From Candidatus Hydrogenedentota bacterium (GTDB taxonomy: Bacteria; Hydrogenedentota; Hydrogenedentia; Hydrogenedentales; JAEUWI01), in assembly GCA_034669905.1 (NCBI GenBank), contig JAXMOL010000002.1, positions 32,001 to 96,000 of the forward strand: a DNA stretch of 64,000 nucleotides. The letters run 5' to 3'. A program made the position numbers and the translations under genes. Each line of letters starts with the position of its first letter. The stretch's first letter is position 1. Positions 50,363-60,592 of the stretch are shown here, in pieces. The notes below the pieces were generated by a model. The model saw only the letters and a program-made list of their open reading frames with translations. It did not search any database and was not told where the DNA came from.

Positions 50363-51343
50363 CTACTTTTTCCCGCGCTTCCCATTGACCAGCAGGTGCA
50401 TGACCGCCATTCGAATTGCCACACCGTTACTCACCTGCTCGAGGATGACGCTCCGGGGGCCATCGGCCACGCTGGTGGAAAGTTCGATGTCGCGGTTGAT
50501 GGGGCCCGGGTGCATGATAATGGCCTCGGGCTTGGCATGGGCCAGCGCGGCCGTGTCCACCCGAAAGAGGCGAATATATTCACGGAGGCTCGGAAACAGT
50601 CCGTCCTCCTGTCGTTCCAGTTGAATTCGCAACGAGTAAATGATGTCGGCCCCGTCGATGGCCTCGCGCAGATTGTGGGTCACGTCGACACCCATCCGCT
50701 CGATGGCAGTGGGCATGAGCGTGGAGGGGCCGCACAGGGTCACATCGGCACCGAGTTTTTTCAGGCACATGATGTTACTACGCGCCACCCGGCTGTGCTC
50801 GATGTCGCCAATCAAGGCCACCCGCACGCCATCCAGGCCCGCCGTGGGGTCTTCCCGCAGGGCACGGATGTGGTTGCGCATGGTAAAGGCATCGAGCAGC
50901 GCCTGGGTCGGGTGCTCGTGCCGTCCGTCCCCCGCGTTGATGATGTGGGAATCGTGGCGGGCCGCCAATATATGGGGCGCGCCCGCCGCGCCATGGCGCA
51001 GGATGATGACATCGGAATGCATGGCCTCAATATTGGCCAGCGTATCGTGGAGCGTTTCCCCTTTGACGGAGGACGACGAACTTGCCGCAATCGCCAGGGT
51101 ATCGGCCGACAGGCGTTTGGCCGCCAATTCGAAGGAGGTACGGGTACGGGTACTGGGTTCGTAGAACCAGTTCACCACCAGGCGGCCCTGCAACAAGGGC
51201 ACCTTCTTGATGCCGCTCTCGCGCTCGGAGACCGCCACAAACTGGGGCGCCGTATCGAGGATCAACTCGATTTCTTCCCGGCTGAGTTCTTCAATACCGA
51301 GCAGGTCTTTGCGGGACCAATTTAGTTCACGGGACGTGGGCAA
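50363..51343 (-). CDS. pyrB: Aspartate carbamoyltransferase, catalytic subunit
   Basis: EPSTRTRTSFE, INAGDGRHEHPTQALLD, RIQLER and MHPGP motifs. Confidence 0.96.
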   Translation of the reverse strand: MPTSRELNWSRKDLLGIEELSREEIELILDTAPQFVAVSERESGIKKVPLLQGRLVVNWFYEPSTRTRTSFELAAKRLSADTLAIAASSSSSVKGETLHDTLANIEAMHSDVIILRHGAAGAPHILAARHDSHIINAGDGRHEHPTQALLDAFTMRNHIRALREDPTAGLDGVRVALIGDIEHSRVARSNIMCLKKLGADVTLCGPSTLMPTAIERMGVDVTHNLREAIDGADIIYSLRIQLERQEDGLFPSLREYIRLFRVDTAALAHAKPEAIIMHPGPINRDIELSTSVADGPRSVILEQVSNGVAIRMAVMHLLVNGKRGKK

Positions 51344-51349
51344 CGGCGT

Positions 51350-51928
51350 TTATGCTCCTTCTTCCAGGTCGGTGCGGCGGGTTAACAACACCGCATCTTC
51401 CCCATCAATCTCATGCAGGCGGGTGGTCACCCATTCATTGGGCGTGGTCGCCATGGAATGGCCCAGATAGTCCGCCTGGATCGGCAACTCCCGTCCTCCC
51501 CGATCAACCACACAGGCCAATTGAATACGGCGGGGACGACCATAGTCCATCACTTCATCCATGGCCGCGCGAATCGTGCGTCCTGCCGCCAGGACGTCGT
51601 CCACCAGCAGGATGGTGCGTCCATCCACATTAAAGTCAAAGTGGGTATTGCCCTTGTCCATGGTGGAGCCAATCCCCCCACGGAAGTCATCCCGATAGAG
51701 GGTGGTCGCCAGCGAACCCACCGGCGGGGCAACCCCGGTCAACTCTTCGATCAGGTCAGCCAGACGGTCAGCCAGGGGCCTTCCCCGTCGGAGTATCCCC
51801 AAGAGCGCCAGATCTTCGAGCACTTCATTGCCATGCACGATCTCACGGGCCATCCGGCGGAGCGTCTCTGCCAGGGCGGCCTCGTCCATCACTATCGTGG
51901 CTTCATCGGGCGGTGTCATTTCGGTCAT
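51350..51928 (-). CDS. pyrR: Pyrimidine operon attenuator / uracil phosphoribosyltransferase
   Basis: GILRRG, TLYRDD, LVDDVLAAGRTIRAAMD and DRGGRELPIQADY motifs. Confidence 0.93.
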   Translation of the reverse strand: MTEMTPPDEATIVMDEAALAETLRRMAREIVHGNEVLEDLALLGILRRGRPLADRLADLIEELTGVAPPVGSLATTLYRDDFRGGIGSTMDKGNTHFDFNVDGRTILLVDDVLAAGRTIRAAMDEVMDYGRPRRIQLACVVDRGGRELPIQADYLGHSMATTPNEWVTTRLHEIDGEDAVLLTRRTDLEEGA

Positions 51929-51942
51929 CGCGGTGTCCAGAC

Positions 51943-51975
51943 AAAAAAATTACCCTCTCGTAGGATGGAGAAGGT
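51943..51975 (-). terminator. Terminator-like hairpin directly upstream of pyrR (possible attenuator)
   Basis: Minus strand reads accttctc-catcctac-gagagggt-aa-T7, ending ~15 nt before the pyrR ATG. Confidence 0.55.
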
Positions 51976-52335
51976 GGGCTCGTTCATCGTGAGGGCGACC
52001 CTTATACGTGATTCGGGTGCAGCCTTATGCGTACACCGGAGCAATTGTAGCAGGGACCCGGCGGCGATGTAAACCAGCGCTAACGACTCAAGCGCCGCCA
52101 GGGTGCATGACGTTACTACGCGTTTTCCCCTTGGCTGAATGGACGATGTTATACGGTAATTGTTAAACATGGGCATTTACAGGCCTGTTTTTCGGTCTCT
52201 CGTCTAGCGGCCTTCCAGAGGGAACGGTTCGATGAAATCGATTTAGCGCACGCGATGCGGATGATCATAGTTTTCGAAAACAGACATTCCTCTACTGGAG
52301 CTTGAGTTTCACGTAACAAAATGGGATTTCGGATC

Positions 52336-53766
52336 ATGAAAAGGGAGCGAATTCTTATTCTTTCGCTTTCGGCGGCCGTCGTAATCGTGTGTGCCGTCGT
52401 GGGCTACGGGTTTTACCTCGGCGAACAGACCCGGGCCCTCCGCGCCCACCATGCGCCACCCCCCGCAGTGGAGCGCTTCGCCCGAATTCAGGAAGCCCTT
52501 CAGTCCGAAACAACCGTGGTGACCATCGGGGATAACACACCGCCGCCTGCCCCCGATATAGCGACCCGGGAGCTTGTGGAAAGCGTAAAGACGGCGGAAG
52601 CCATACTCACCCGCGCTGAAACTATGTTTAGAGAGAACACCGCCTGGAACGAAGTCTACGACGACCTCTTCAGCCGACCCCAATCGACCTGGAGCAACGC
52701 CGATTGGGCACGTCTCAACCGGGTGTTGGGCGAGAACCGCGATGTTCTGGCGGAAGTCTATGCCCTCGCGAATGGCAGCGGCCCCCTCTACCCCCTGGAT
52801 TTTTCGCAGGGTTACAAGCTCCCCCTGCCCCATCTGAGTACCATTCGGGCAATGGCGCGCCTCCTCCAGGCCAGCGCCATTTCACGGGCCCATAGCGGCG
52901 ATGGGGCGGGCGCATCGGCCGACATCCTCGCGGGCGTACGCCTGGCCACGCGGCTGGAGGAGGAACCCCTCATCATCTCCCAGCTGGTACGGGTCGCCAT
53001 TGATGCCATCATGTATCAGGGCGTAGCCGAAGCCTTTCCCCCCGGGAAGGTCCCCCCCGAACTCCTGGCCCAACTTTCCGAACATTACGCTGCCCGCGAC
53101 CTGCCGGAAACACTGACCGCCATGTGGCAGATGGAAGGAAACATGGGCGTAGAGTTCATGTCGGGCATCATGAACGGCGACTGGCAATCGGGCCAGGCGC
53201 AATTGCAGGAGTTCTTTCCACACAGCGAGTTTCCCGGTGGTGATTGGGCCGCCACTGTCTACGCAAGTCCCTTCGCACGACCGTGGCAACACCTCGACAT
53301 GATCGCTTTCGGGCAAGCCATGGACGCCTTCGAACCGACCCTGGCCCTGCCCTTTTATGAGGCCCGGCCCATCATTGAAGAGATACAAGGGCATATTGAT
53401 AACCTGCCCCGAACCCGTGCGGTTACCCAGGGATTGGTCCCGGCCATGATGGCCATCCACCGCATGATGGCCCGCGCCCAAACCTACCAGCACCTCTTGT
53501 CCGTTGGAGCCGCTGTAGAGACTTACGGCAACCACAACGGCACCTACCCACCGAGCCTCAGTGACCTGCAGGGCGATACCAGCATCATCGATCCCCACAC
53601 GGGTGCTCCCTTTCAGTACCGCACTGACGGAGACACCTTCCAGCTCTACAGCGTTGGTCCCGATTTGGAAGATGACGGCGGTGAACACGATCTGCGACAG
53701 GGCGATATCGTATGGCGGGGCGTACGGAAACCCACGGGAGCCATGGGGACCGTCCCAACACGGTAA
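52336..53766 (+). CDS. Hypothetical membrane-anchored helical protein with a GspG-like C-terminal motif
   Basis: N-terminal TM helix; C-terminal YPPSLSDL...DPHTGAPFQY...LYSVGPDLEDDGG. Confidence 0.7.
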   Translation: MKRERILILSLSAAVVIVCAVVGYGFYLGEQTRALRAHHAPPPAVERFARIQEALQSETTVVTIGDNTPPPAPDIATRELVESVKTAEAILTRAETMFRENTAWNEVYDDLFSRPQSTWSNADWARLNRVLGENRDVLAEVYALANGSGPLYPLDFSQGYKLPLPHLSTIRAMARLLQASAISRAHSGDGAGASADILAGVRLATRLEEEPLIISQLVRVAIDAIMYQGVAEAFPPGKVPPELLAQLSEHYAARDLPETLTAMWQMEGNMGVEFMSGIMNGDWQSGQAQLQEFFPHSEFPGGDWAATVYASPFARPWQHLDMIAFGQAMDAFEPTLALPFYEARPIIEEIQGHIDNLPRTRAVTQGLVPAMMAIHRMMARAQTYQHLLSVGAAVETYGNHNGTYPPSLSDLQGDTSIIDPHTGAPFQYRTDGDTFQLYSVGPDLEDDGGEHDLRQGDIVWRGVRKPTGAMGTVPTR

Positions 53767-54036
53767 TCCCAAACCGTTTATTCATATGGCCTTACGACAC
53801 ACAGCGGCCCAACGGGGCGCTTTATTGGCTTCGCAGCGATATCTTTTGCTTTACCGAATCGATTGCGTCATAATACGAGGATATTTGGTCTACAGGATTT
53901 GCGTGCTATACTCCTTGATTAGCGGGTTTCGCCTCTAATGCGGATGGAATTCGGTGGGGACAATCCGGCAGTAGCACCTCAATTGCGGCCGGTAGATCGA
54001 CGGGCACATACCATTTTCAAGTGATTATTCCTCCCT

Positions 54037-57000
54037 ATGAACGCTGACGCCGATCTCCTCATCAGCCTGGCCGGAATCCACGTGGGGCTTTTTCAATCCT
54101 CCAGCATTCCGGTGGGTGAACCGCACTTGATCGCCCCATTGCTCGCTGAGCGCTGCGAAGAGACCGCCCTCGCCCGCTTGCGGGAATCGACCCGCGCGCG
54201 GCTGGATGATCCCGCCTGCTCGCTGGAACACACCCTCACGGCCCTTATCGATGAGTTGGGCACCCTGAATTTCAACAGTTCCGCGGCCCCGACCCTGCCG
54301 GGTGCCCGGCCCCGTGGGATTGACAGTGCCTTCACGAGCGGTTCTATCTCCACCGAAGAACCCGGGCGCTATCGCTTCCCCAAGGAACATGCCCGGGGCG
54401 GCATGGGGCGCATTCTGGTGGTGCACGATGAATTCCTCGACCGCCGTATTGCCCTGAAGGAGCTTGTCCCCCAACGCTCGGAGATAACAGACGACTCCAC
54501 GATAAACGCGGCGGATCCGGCTTCGGATCCCACCAGCCAGCAGCACCGGGATCGCTTTCTCTACGAAGCCCGGATCACCGGCTACCTGGAGCACCCGTCC
54601 ATCGTGCCGGTATACGAACTGGGCCAACGGGCCAACGGCGCCCTGTATTACACCATGCGCCTGGTAAAAGGGCGGAGCCTGCGCGTTGCCATTAAAGAGG
54701 CCGCTACGACCGAGCAGCGCCTTCGCCTCTTGTCCCACTTCCTGGACCTCTGCCAGGCCATCGCCTTCGCCCATGATCGGGGGGTACTCCACCGGGACAT
54801 CAAGCCGGGCAATGTGATGGTGGGCGAATTCGGTGAGACGGTGGTCATCGACTGGGGCCTCGCTCGCCTGGTCCAGGAGGGTGAGCCTCCTGAAGATGCG
54901 CTGTTTGAGCCCGATGGTGGCTCCGAAGCGCTGGCCATCGGTACGCCGGCATACATGGCTCCCGAGCAGGCCGCCGGCGATCTCAACCGGGTCAACGCAC
55001 GCTGCGATGTCTATTCGCTGGGCTCCGTGTTGTACGAATTGCTCACGGGCCGTGCCCCCTACACGGACCGCACGTCTGCCTCCGTATTACGCAAGGTCTT
55101 GACCGGACCGCCGCCACCCGTTTCGGCGCTGGCCCCGGAAATCCCCGATCAACTGGCCGCCATCTGCGAACGCGCCATGGCCCGCGCTCCCGAAGCACGC
55201 TATGAAAGCGCCAAAGCCCTCGCCGACGACATCGAGCGCTTTCAGTCGGGCCACCTGGTCGGCGCCTACAATTACACGATCCGTGAACTGGTCACCTTTT
55301 TTGTCCGGCGTTTCAAGGGTCCCCTGATTGTCGGTGGGGTCGGCGTATTGGGCATTGGCGCCAGCCTCTTTCTGAGCTACGAGCGCATTCAGGCGGAACG
55401 GGACCGGGCCATCGCGGAGTCAGAACGGGCGGTTACGGCCGAAAAGATGGCCCGCGACGCCCAGAACTTTGCGGAGCAGGAGTTTTATTTCGCCGCGATT
55501 GCCAGCGCACGCAAGTACATCAGCGATGGCCGCTATGATCGTGCCATGCGCCAACTCGATGCGTGCCCACCCCGTTTCCGCCACTGGGAATGGGGCTATC
55601 TGCTCTATCTCTGCAACCAGGACCAGCAGACGCTGCAGGCCCACGAGCCCGAAACCCTCTGGTCGCTGGAATACCTTCCGGGCGGACAACAACTGGTCAG
55701 TTCCGGATTTGACAATGCCGCCCGCATCTGGCCGGAAAACGGCAACGAAGCGACCCAGACCTACACAAGCCCCCATGGTGCGGTCATTGAAGTCAGTCCC
55801 CACCCGACCGAGCCGATTATCGCCTGTGCGGAAGAAGAGGGCTATCTCACCTTCTACAACTATGAACAGGGCACCGTGGTCCATTCCCGCCAGTTCGCGG
55901 ACTCGGATGTGAATTGTGTCCAGTTCCACCCCGATGGCACCCGCTACCTGACGGGCGATGACGACGGAAACATACGCCTCTGGGATTACCCCGCCCACAC
56001 CGAACGCTATGCCGTCCCGGTCACGAAACCTGGTGTGGAGTGCCTCGCCTTTAACGCGGCGGGCGACCTCTTCGCCTCCTGCGACCGTACTACCCATGTT
56101 GAAATTCGGGAAACGGAAACGGGCGCGGTCCGTTTTACCCTGGCGGGTCACGAGGGGCGCAACACGTCGCTGGCTTTCAATCCCCAGGGCACCCTGTTTG
56201 CCAGCGCCAGCCGCGACGGCACCGCGCGGATCTGGGACCTGAAAACCGGGGCAACGGTTAAGGTCTTGACTGGACATGTATCCGCCGTGTGGGCCGCACG
56301 CTTTTCTCCCGACGGCTCCCACCTTGCCACCTGTGGATCCGACCTGACCGTCCGCGTCTGGGAGACGAAGGATTGGCAGGTAGAACGTATCTACCGCGGA
56401 CATCAACGGCAGGTCGACGCCCTGGCCTACAGCCCCGACGGGCGCACGCTTCGCTCGGGAGATGATGTAGGCACGATGAAGCAGTGGGATACCGTCTTCC
56501 CTGGCCCCCACGCCGACATGTGGGAGCTCCGAGGGCACACCGGCACCATCAATCATGTCGCCTACAGCCCGGATGGCAGCGTGCTGGTGTCTGCGGCCGG
56601 AGACTGGAAAACCAGCGATGACACCACCGCCCGGGTCTGGGATGCCGAAACGGGCACCCTCCTGAATACGCTGGAGGGCCACCAGGCGTCCGTTCGCCAC
56701 GTATCCTTTCAACCCACGGAATCCGTGCTGGCCACCTCCAGCCACGACAAGACCGTCCGTATCTGGCAAGGCCCGGACTGGGCAACCTCCCATGTGCTTG
56801 GCCCCTTTATCGCCGAAGTAAATGTGACCGCCTTTTCAACCGCCTCCCCCGACGTTATCGCGGTCGGCCTCCGGGATGGTCAACTCCGCCTCGTCAACTG
56901 GCGCGACGGCACCATCCTCCATGAATGGATGGCCCACCAAAAAGAAGTCCTGGATTTGGCCTTCAGCCCCGATGGCGCCGTGCTGGTATCCAGTAGCGCG

Positions 57001-57495
57001 GATGAGACTGTCCACATATCCGACGCACACTCGGGGGAACTGCTCCACACCATCGCAGGACATGCCTCCCGAATCCCGGCAGTTGCCTTCTCCCCCGACG
57101 GAACGCTATTGGCCACAGGCGGACACGACTGGCGTATCAACCTCTGGGAAACGACGTCGTGGTCCCAGGTCGCTTCGATGGAGGGCCACACCCAGGGGAT
57201 TTATACGCTCAGTTTCAGCAATGACGGCCGACGCCTCCTCTCGTGCAGCAGCGATGGCTCCTCCATCCTGTGGGATATGGAAACCCATCGCGACGTGCTG
57301 ACCATTCTGGGAAGAGTCGGTGCCCTGCGTCCCGGGAGTCGGGATTTGGCCACCGGGATGCCGGACGGTACGACGTATATTTGGCCGTCTCTTCCCTGGG
57401 ATGCGACAACCTATGCCGACGACTCGGGGGCCCCGCTCCACCTGCGGTGCGAAGCCGAGAAACAACGTTTCTGGAAGGCCCGCAACCCCCACTGA
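54037..57495 (+). CDS. Hanks-type Ser/Thr kinase with TM helix, coiled coil and WD40 repeats
   Basis: RGGMG, IALKE, HRDIKPGN, DWG and GTPAYMAPE motifs; about 14 WD40-like repeats. Confidence 0.92.
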   Translation: MNADADLLISLAGIHVGLFQSSSIPVGEPHLIAPLLAERCEETALARLRESTRARLDDPACSLEHTLTALIDELGTLNFNSSAAPTLPGARPRGIDSAFTSGSISTEEPGRYRFPKEHARGGMGRILVVHDEFLDRRIALKELVPQRSEITDDSTINAADPASDPTSQQHRDRFLYEARITGYLEHPSIVPVYELGQRANGALYYTMRLVKGRSLRVAIKEAATTEQRLRLLSHFLDLCQAIAFAHDRGVLHRDIKPGNVMVGEFGETVVIDWGLARLVQEGEPPEDALFEPDGGSEALAIGTPAYMAPEQAAGDLNRVNARCDVYSLGSVLYELLTGRAPYTDRTSASVLRKVLTGPPPPVSALAPEIPDQLAAICERAMARAPEARYESAKALADDIERFQSGHLVGAYNYTIRELVTFFVRRFKGPLIVGGVGVLGIGASLFLSYERIQAERDRAIAESERAVTAEKMARDAQNFAEQEFYFAAIASARKYISDGRYDRAMRQLDACPPRFRHWEWGYLLYLCNQDQQTLQAHEPETLWSLEYLPGGQQLVSSGFDNAARIWPENGNEATQTYTSPHGAVIEVSPHPTEPIIACAEEEGYLTFYNYEQGTVVHSRQFADSDVNCVQFHPDGTRYLTGDDDGNIRLWDYPAHTERYAVPVTKPGVECLAFNAAGDLFASCDRTTHVEIRETETGAVRFTLAGHEGRNTSLAFNPQGTLFASASRDGTARIWDLKTGATVKVLTGHVSAVWAARFSPDGSHLATCGSDLTVRVWETKDWQVERIYRGHQRQVDALAYSPDGRTLRSGDDVGTMKQWDTVFPGPHADMWELRGHTGTINHVAYSPDGSVLVSAAGDWKTSDDTTARVWDAETGTLLNTLEGHQASVRHVSFQPTESVLATSSHDKTVRIWQGPDWATSHVLGPFIAEVNVTAFSTASPDVIAVGLRDGQLRLVNWRDGTILHEWMAHQKEVLDLAFSPDGAVLVSSSADETVHISDAHSGELLHTIAGHASRIPAVAFSPDGTLLATGGHDWRINLWETTSWSQVASMEGHTQGIYTLSFSNDGRRLLSCSSDGSSILWDMETHRDVLTILGRVGALRPGSRDLATGMPDGTTYIWPSLPWDATTYADDSGAPLHLRCEAEKQRFWKARNPH

Positions 57496-57500
57496 TACCC

Positions 57501-57541
57501 AAAGAAAACGGGCAGTCCACGCGTTTTGCATGAACTGCCCG
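57501..57541 (-). terminator. Probable terminator between the convergent kinase and lpdA genes
   Basis: Stem cgggcagt/actgcccg preceded by an A-rich run on the + strand. Confidence 0.55.
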
Positions 57542-57559
57542 AGAGGGGATTGCGAAGGC

Positions 57560-58981
57560 CTATTTTTTCTTTGGCCGGTAGATATGGGTAGCGGTTCCGA
57601 ATACCGACGCCGCTGCTTCCATCACCGATTCACTGAGGGTCGGGTGGGGGTGGATGGTCAGATCGAGGTCGCTGACCAGGGCGCCCATTTCAATGGCCAA
57701 GGTGCCCTCGGCGATCAGCTCGCCAGCACCTGCGCCCACAATTCCCATGCCCAGCAGTTGCTCGGTCTCGGGGTCGGATATGATCTTGGTCATCCCTTCC
57801 GTGCGGTTGATGGTCGTCGCACGTCCGGAAGCGGCCCAGGGGAAACGCGCCACGTTGATCGCGCGCCCTTCCTGCTTCGCTTCCTCTTCCGTCAGACCAC
57901 ACCAGGCCACTTCGGGGTCGGTGAAGACCACCGCAGGAATCGCCTGGGGCTCGAACGCGGCATTGTGTCCGGCGATTACTTCGGCCGCCACACGCCCTTC
58001 AGCAGAGGCTTTGTGCGCGAGCATGGCGCCGCCCACGATATCGCCGATTGCGAAGATATGCTCATCGGCCGTGCGCATCTGTTCGTCGACTTCAATGAAG
58101 CCCCGGTCATTGACGACCACGCCCGTGCTCTTCAGGCCCAGGCCGCTGGAGTTGGGCTTCCGGCCGATGCTGACCAGCACCTTGTCAAAGACGCGGTTGG
58201 GCTTCTTGATGCCTTCGCCTTCGAGGGTCACTTTGATGCCATTCTTCTGCTCTTTCATTTCCGCAATCTTGGTATTGAGCAGGATCTCTTTGAACTGGCC
58301 TTCCAGCCGGGCCTGCAGGGGCTTGACCAAATCGCGGTCTGCACCGGGCAGCAAGCCGGGCATCATTTCCACACAGGTCACTTCCGAGCCCAACGCGGCG
58401 TAGACGGTGCCCAATTCCAGGCCGATGTAGCCACCGCCCACGAGAAGGAGCGTTTCGGGGATGTCTTCCAACAGCAAGGCACCCGTGGAATTCATGATAC
58501 GGTCGGTTTCGATCAAGGGACCAAATCGGGCAGGACGGGAACCGGCAGCGATGATGGTGTATTCGGCACTGAGCTTTACCTGCTTGCCGTCGGCCTGCGT
58601 CACGACCAGGTTGGTCGAGTTTACAAAGTTGCCGCGGCCCTGGATGTAGTTGATTTTACGCGCACTTACCAACTGGCCGAGGCCACCGGTCATCTGCTCG
58701 ACCACGCCGGCCGTCGAGGCACGCACGCGGTCCAGATCAATTTCGGGCTCGCCATAGTTAAGGCCGAAATAGGAGGCCTCGCGGGATTCGTTAATGACCT
58801 TGGCCACATGCAAGAGGGCCTTGGAAGGAATGCACCCGCGGTAGAGGCAGGTGCCGCCGGGGTTCTGTTCTACATCGATCAGGGTGACATCCAGCCCCAG
58901 GTCTGCGGCCATAAAGGCGGCCGCATAGCCACCGGGACCACCGCCCAATACGGCGACTTGCGTGCTCTGATTGCTACTCAT
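57560..58981 (-). CDS. lpdA: Dihydrolipoamide dehydrogenase
   Basis: GGGPGGY, GGTCLYRGCIPSK and HPHPTLSE motifs. Confidence 0.96.
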   Translation of the reverse strand: MSSNQSTQVAVLGGGPGGYAAAFMAADLGLDVTLIDVEQNPGGTCLYRGCIPSKALLHVAKVINESREASYFGLNYGEPEIDLDRVRASTAGVVEQMTGGLGQLVSARKINYIQGRGNFVNSTNLVVTQADGKQVKLSAEYTIIAAGSRPARFGPLIETDRIMNSTGALLLEDIPETLLLVGGGYIGLELGTVYAALGSEVTCVEMMPGLLPGADRDLVKPLQARLEGQFKEILLNTKIAEMKEQKNGIKVTLEGEGIKKPNRVFDKVLVSIGRKPNSSGLGLKSTGVVVNDRGFIEVDEQMRTADEHIFAIGDIVGGAMLAHKASAEGRVAAEVIAGHNAAFEPQAIPAVVFTDPEVAWCGLTEEEAKQEGRAINVARFPWAASGRATTINRTEGMTKIISDPETEQLLGMGIVGAGAGELIAEGTLAIEMGALVSDLDLTIHPHPTLSESVMEAAASVFGTATHIYRPKKK

Positions 58982-59036
58982 GATTTATCCTCTTCCCCCG
59001 TTGGGGTTATGTTTTCTGCTGCTCCACCAGGGGCTA

Positions 59037-60383
59037 TCAGGATTCCAGAATCAACTTCCAGGGATTTTCCAGGGCTTCGGCGACCCAGCGCATGAAGCGG
59101 GCCGCATCGGCACCGTCAATCAGACGGTGGTCATAGGAAAGACTCAGGGGAAGCATCGTCCGGGGAACAAGCTGTCCATTCTGGAAGACCCCTTCCACGG
59201 CCGAGCGGGAAACCCCGAGGATGGCGACTTCCGGCGAGTTGATGATAGGCGTGAAGCCCGTGCCGCCCAGGCCACCAAGGTTACTGATGGTGAACGTCGT
59301 TCCCGACATATCTTCCAGGGTCAGCTTGCGATCCCGCGCCTTCTTGGCAATACCGGGGAGCTCCAAGGCCAACTCCTGTAGGCTCTTCTTGTCCACGTCG
59401 CGAATGGCGGGTACCAACAGACCGGCGGGTGTATCCACCGCCACACCGATGTTGTAGTACTGCTTCAAGATGACCTGTTCGTTTTCCAGGTCGATGCTTG
59501 CGTTGAATTTCGGGAAGCGACGCAGCGCTTCGGTGATGACCTTCATCAAGAAAACCGTCACCGTCAGGCTGCCGCCCTCGGCCTTGATGGCCGGCGCATA
59601 TTGCTTGCGGACCTGTTCCAGCGCCGTAATGTCGGCTTTTTCAAAGTGAGTCACATGGGGAATGGTCGTCCAGCAGTGGGTCATGTGGGCGGCCGTTTTC
59701 TTGCGCACGCCACTCATGCCGTCGCGGACAATTTTGCCCCAGCGGTCGTCTTCCATGGCACCGGCCACAGCAGGCGCGGCGGAGGTCACGGGGACGGGGG
59801 CCGTGGTGGCCGCCGGAGCGGCGGAAGTCGATTCGCTGGCCGGAGGCGGGGTGGCACCACTGGAGGAAGCGAAGGCCTCCACATCCTGGGCCGTAACCCG
59901 GCCACTGGGATCCGACGTGGGCACATCGGTCAGCTGTACGCCCAGGTTCCGCGCAAGTTTACGCACCGACGGCGAGGCCAGTACGCGCCCACCGACGGCG
60001 GGCTTCGCGGCGGCGGCTTTGGGTGCGGGTTTCGCGGGCGCCGGTGCCGCTTTGGCGGCAGGCGCGGGCTTCGCGGCGGCTTTGGGTGCCGGTTCGGGTT
60101 TCTCTTCCGGTGCGGCGGCCGGCTTTTCAGCCGCCCCACCCCCGGCGGATTCGTCGGCGACCAGAATCACCTGGCCCACACTCACAGAATCACCCACCTT
60201 GACGCGGATTTCTGTGATTTTGCCACCAAAGGGAATGGGGATTTCCGCCACGGCTTTGTCGGTTTCAATTTCGATGATGGACGTGTCGGCCGCCACCGTG
60301 TCACCCACCGAAGCCAGGAGGGTCGCTACCGTGCCCGAGGTAACGCCCTCGCCCAATTCAGGCAATTTGAATTCTGTCGCCAT
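59037..60383 (-). CDS. aceF: Pyruvate dehydrogenase E2 (single lipoyl domain)
   Basis: ETDKA lipoyl site, ASPSVRKLAR, and catalytic SYDHRLIDG. Confidence 0.93.
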   Translation of the reverse strand: MATEFKLPELGEGVTSGTVATLLASVGDTVAADTSIIEIETDKAVAEIPIPFGGKITEIRVKVGDSVSVGQVILVADESAGGGAAEKPAAAPEEKPEPAPKAAAKPAPAAKAAPAPAKPAPKAAAAKPAVGGRVLASPSVRKLARNLGVQLTDVPTSDPSGRVTAQDVEAFASSSGATPPPASESTSAAPAATTAPVPVTSAAPAVAGAMEDDRWGKIVRDGMSGVRKKTAAHMTHCWTTIPHVTHFEKADITALEQVRKQYAPAIKAEGGSLTVTVFLMKVITEALRRFPKFNASIDLENEQVILKQYYNIGVAVDTPAGLLVPAIRDVDKKSLQELALELPGIAKKARDRKLTLEDMSGTTFTISNLGGLGGTGFTPIINSPEVAILGVSRSAVEGVFQNGQLVPRTMLPLSLSYDHRLIDGADAARFMRWVAEALENPWKLILES

Positions 60384-60592
60384 TAATCTCTCGTCCTGCG
60401 TGGTTCCGAACCATCCCGATAAAACACCGCACAAGATGCTGCATCAGATGGTCCGCTGACCTCGGTTTCGCGCGCGATTCCACCGCCCTGGGGGACGGAG
60501 CATTCACGGTGATGTACAGTGTATAAATGCAGCGACACGCATTTCGTGTCGCTGCGCAATGAATCAATCAGGCCGTTGGCCCGGCATGGCCA

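Noticed and set aside
52030..52065. ykkC/PRPP riboswitch-like fragment (acaccggag...gacccggcgg)
   Set aside because: It is on the wrong strand for pyrR and lacks the 5' conserved core.
54037..57495. Kinase DWG in place of DFG as a sign of a pseudokinase
   Set aside because: DWG is a common variant in bacterial Hanks kinases, and the catalytic Lys, HRD and APE motifs are intact.
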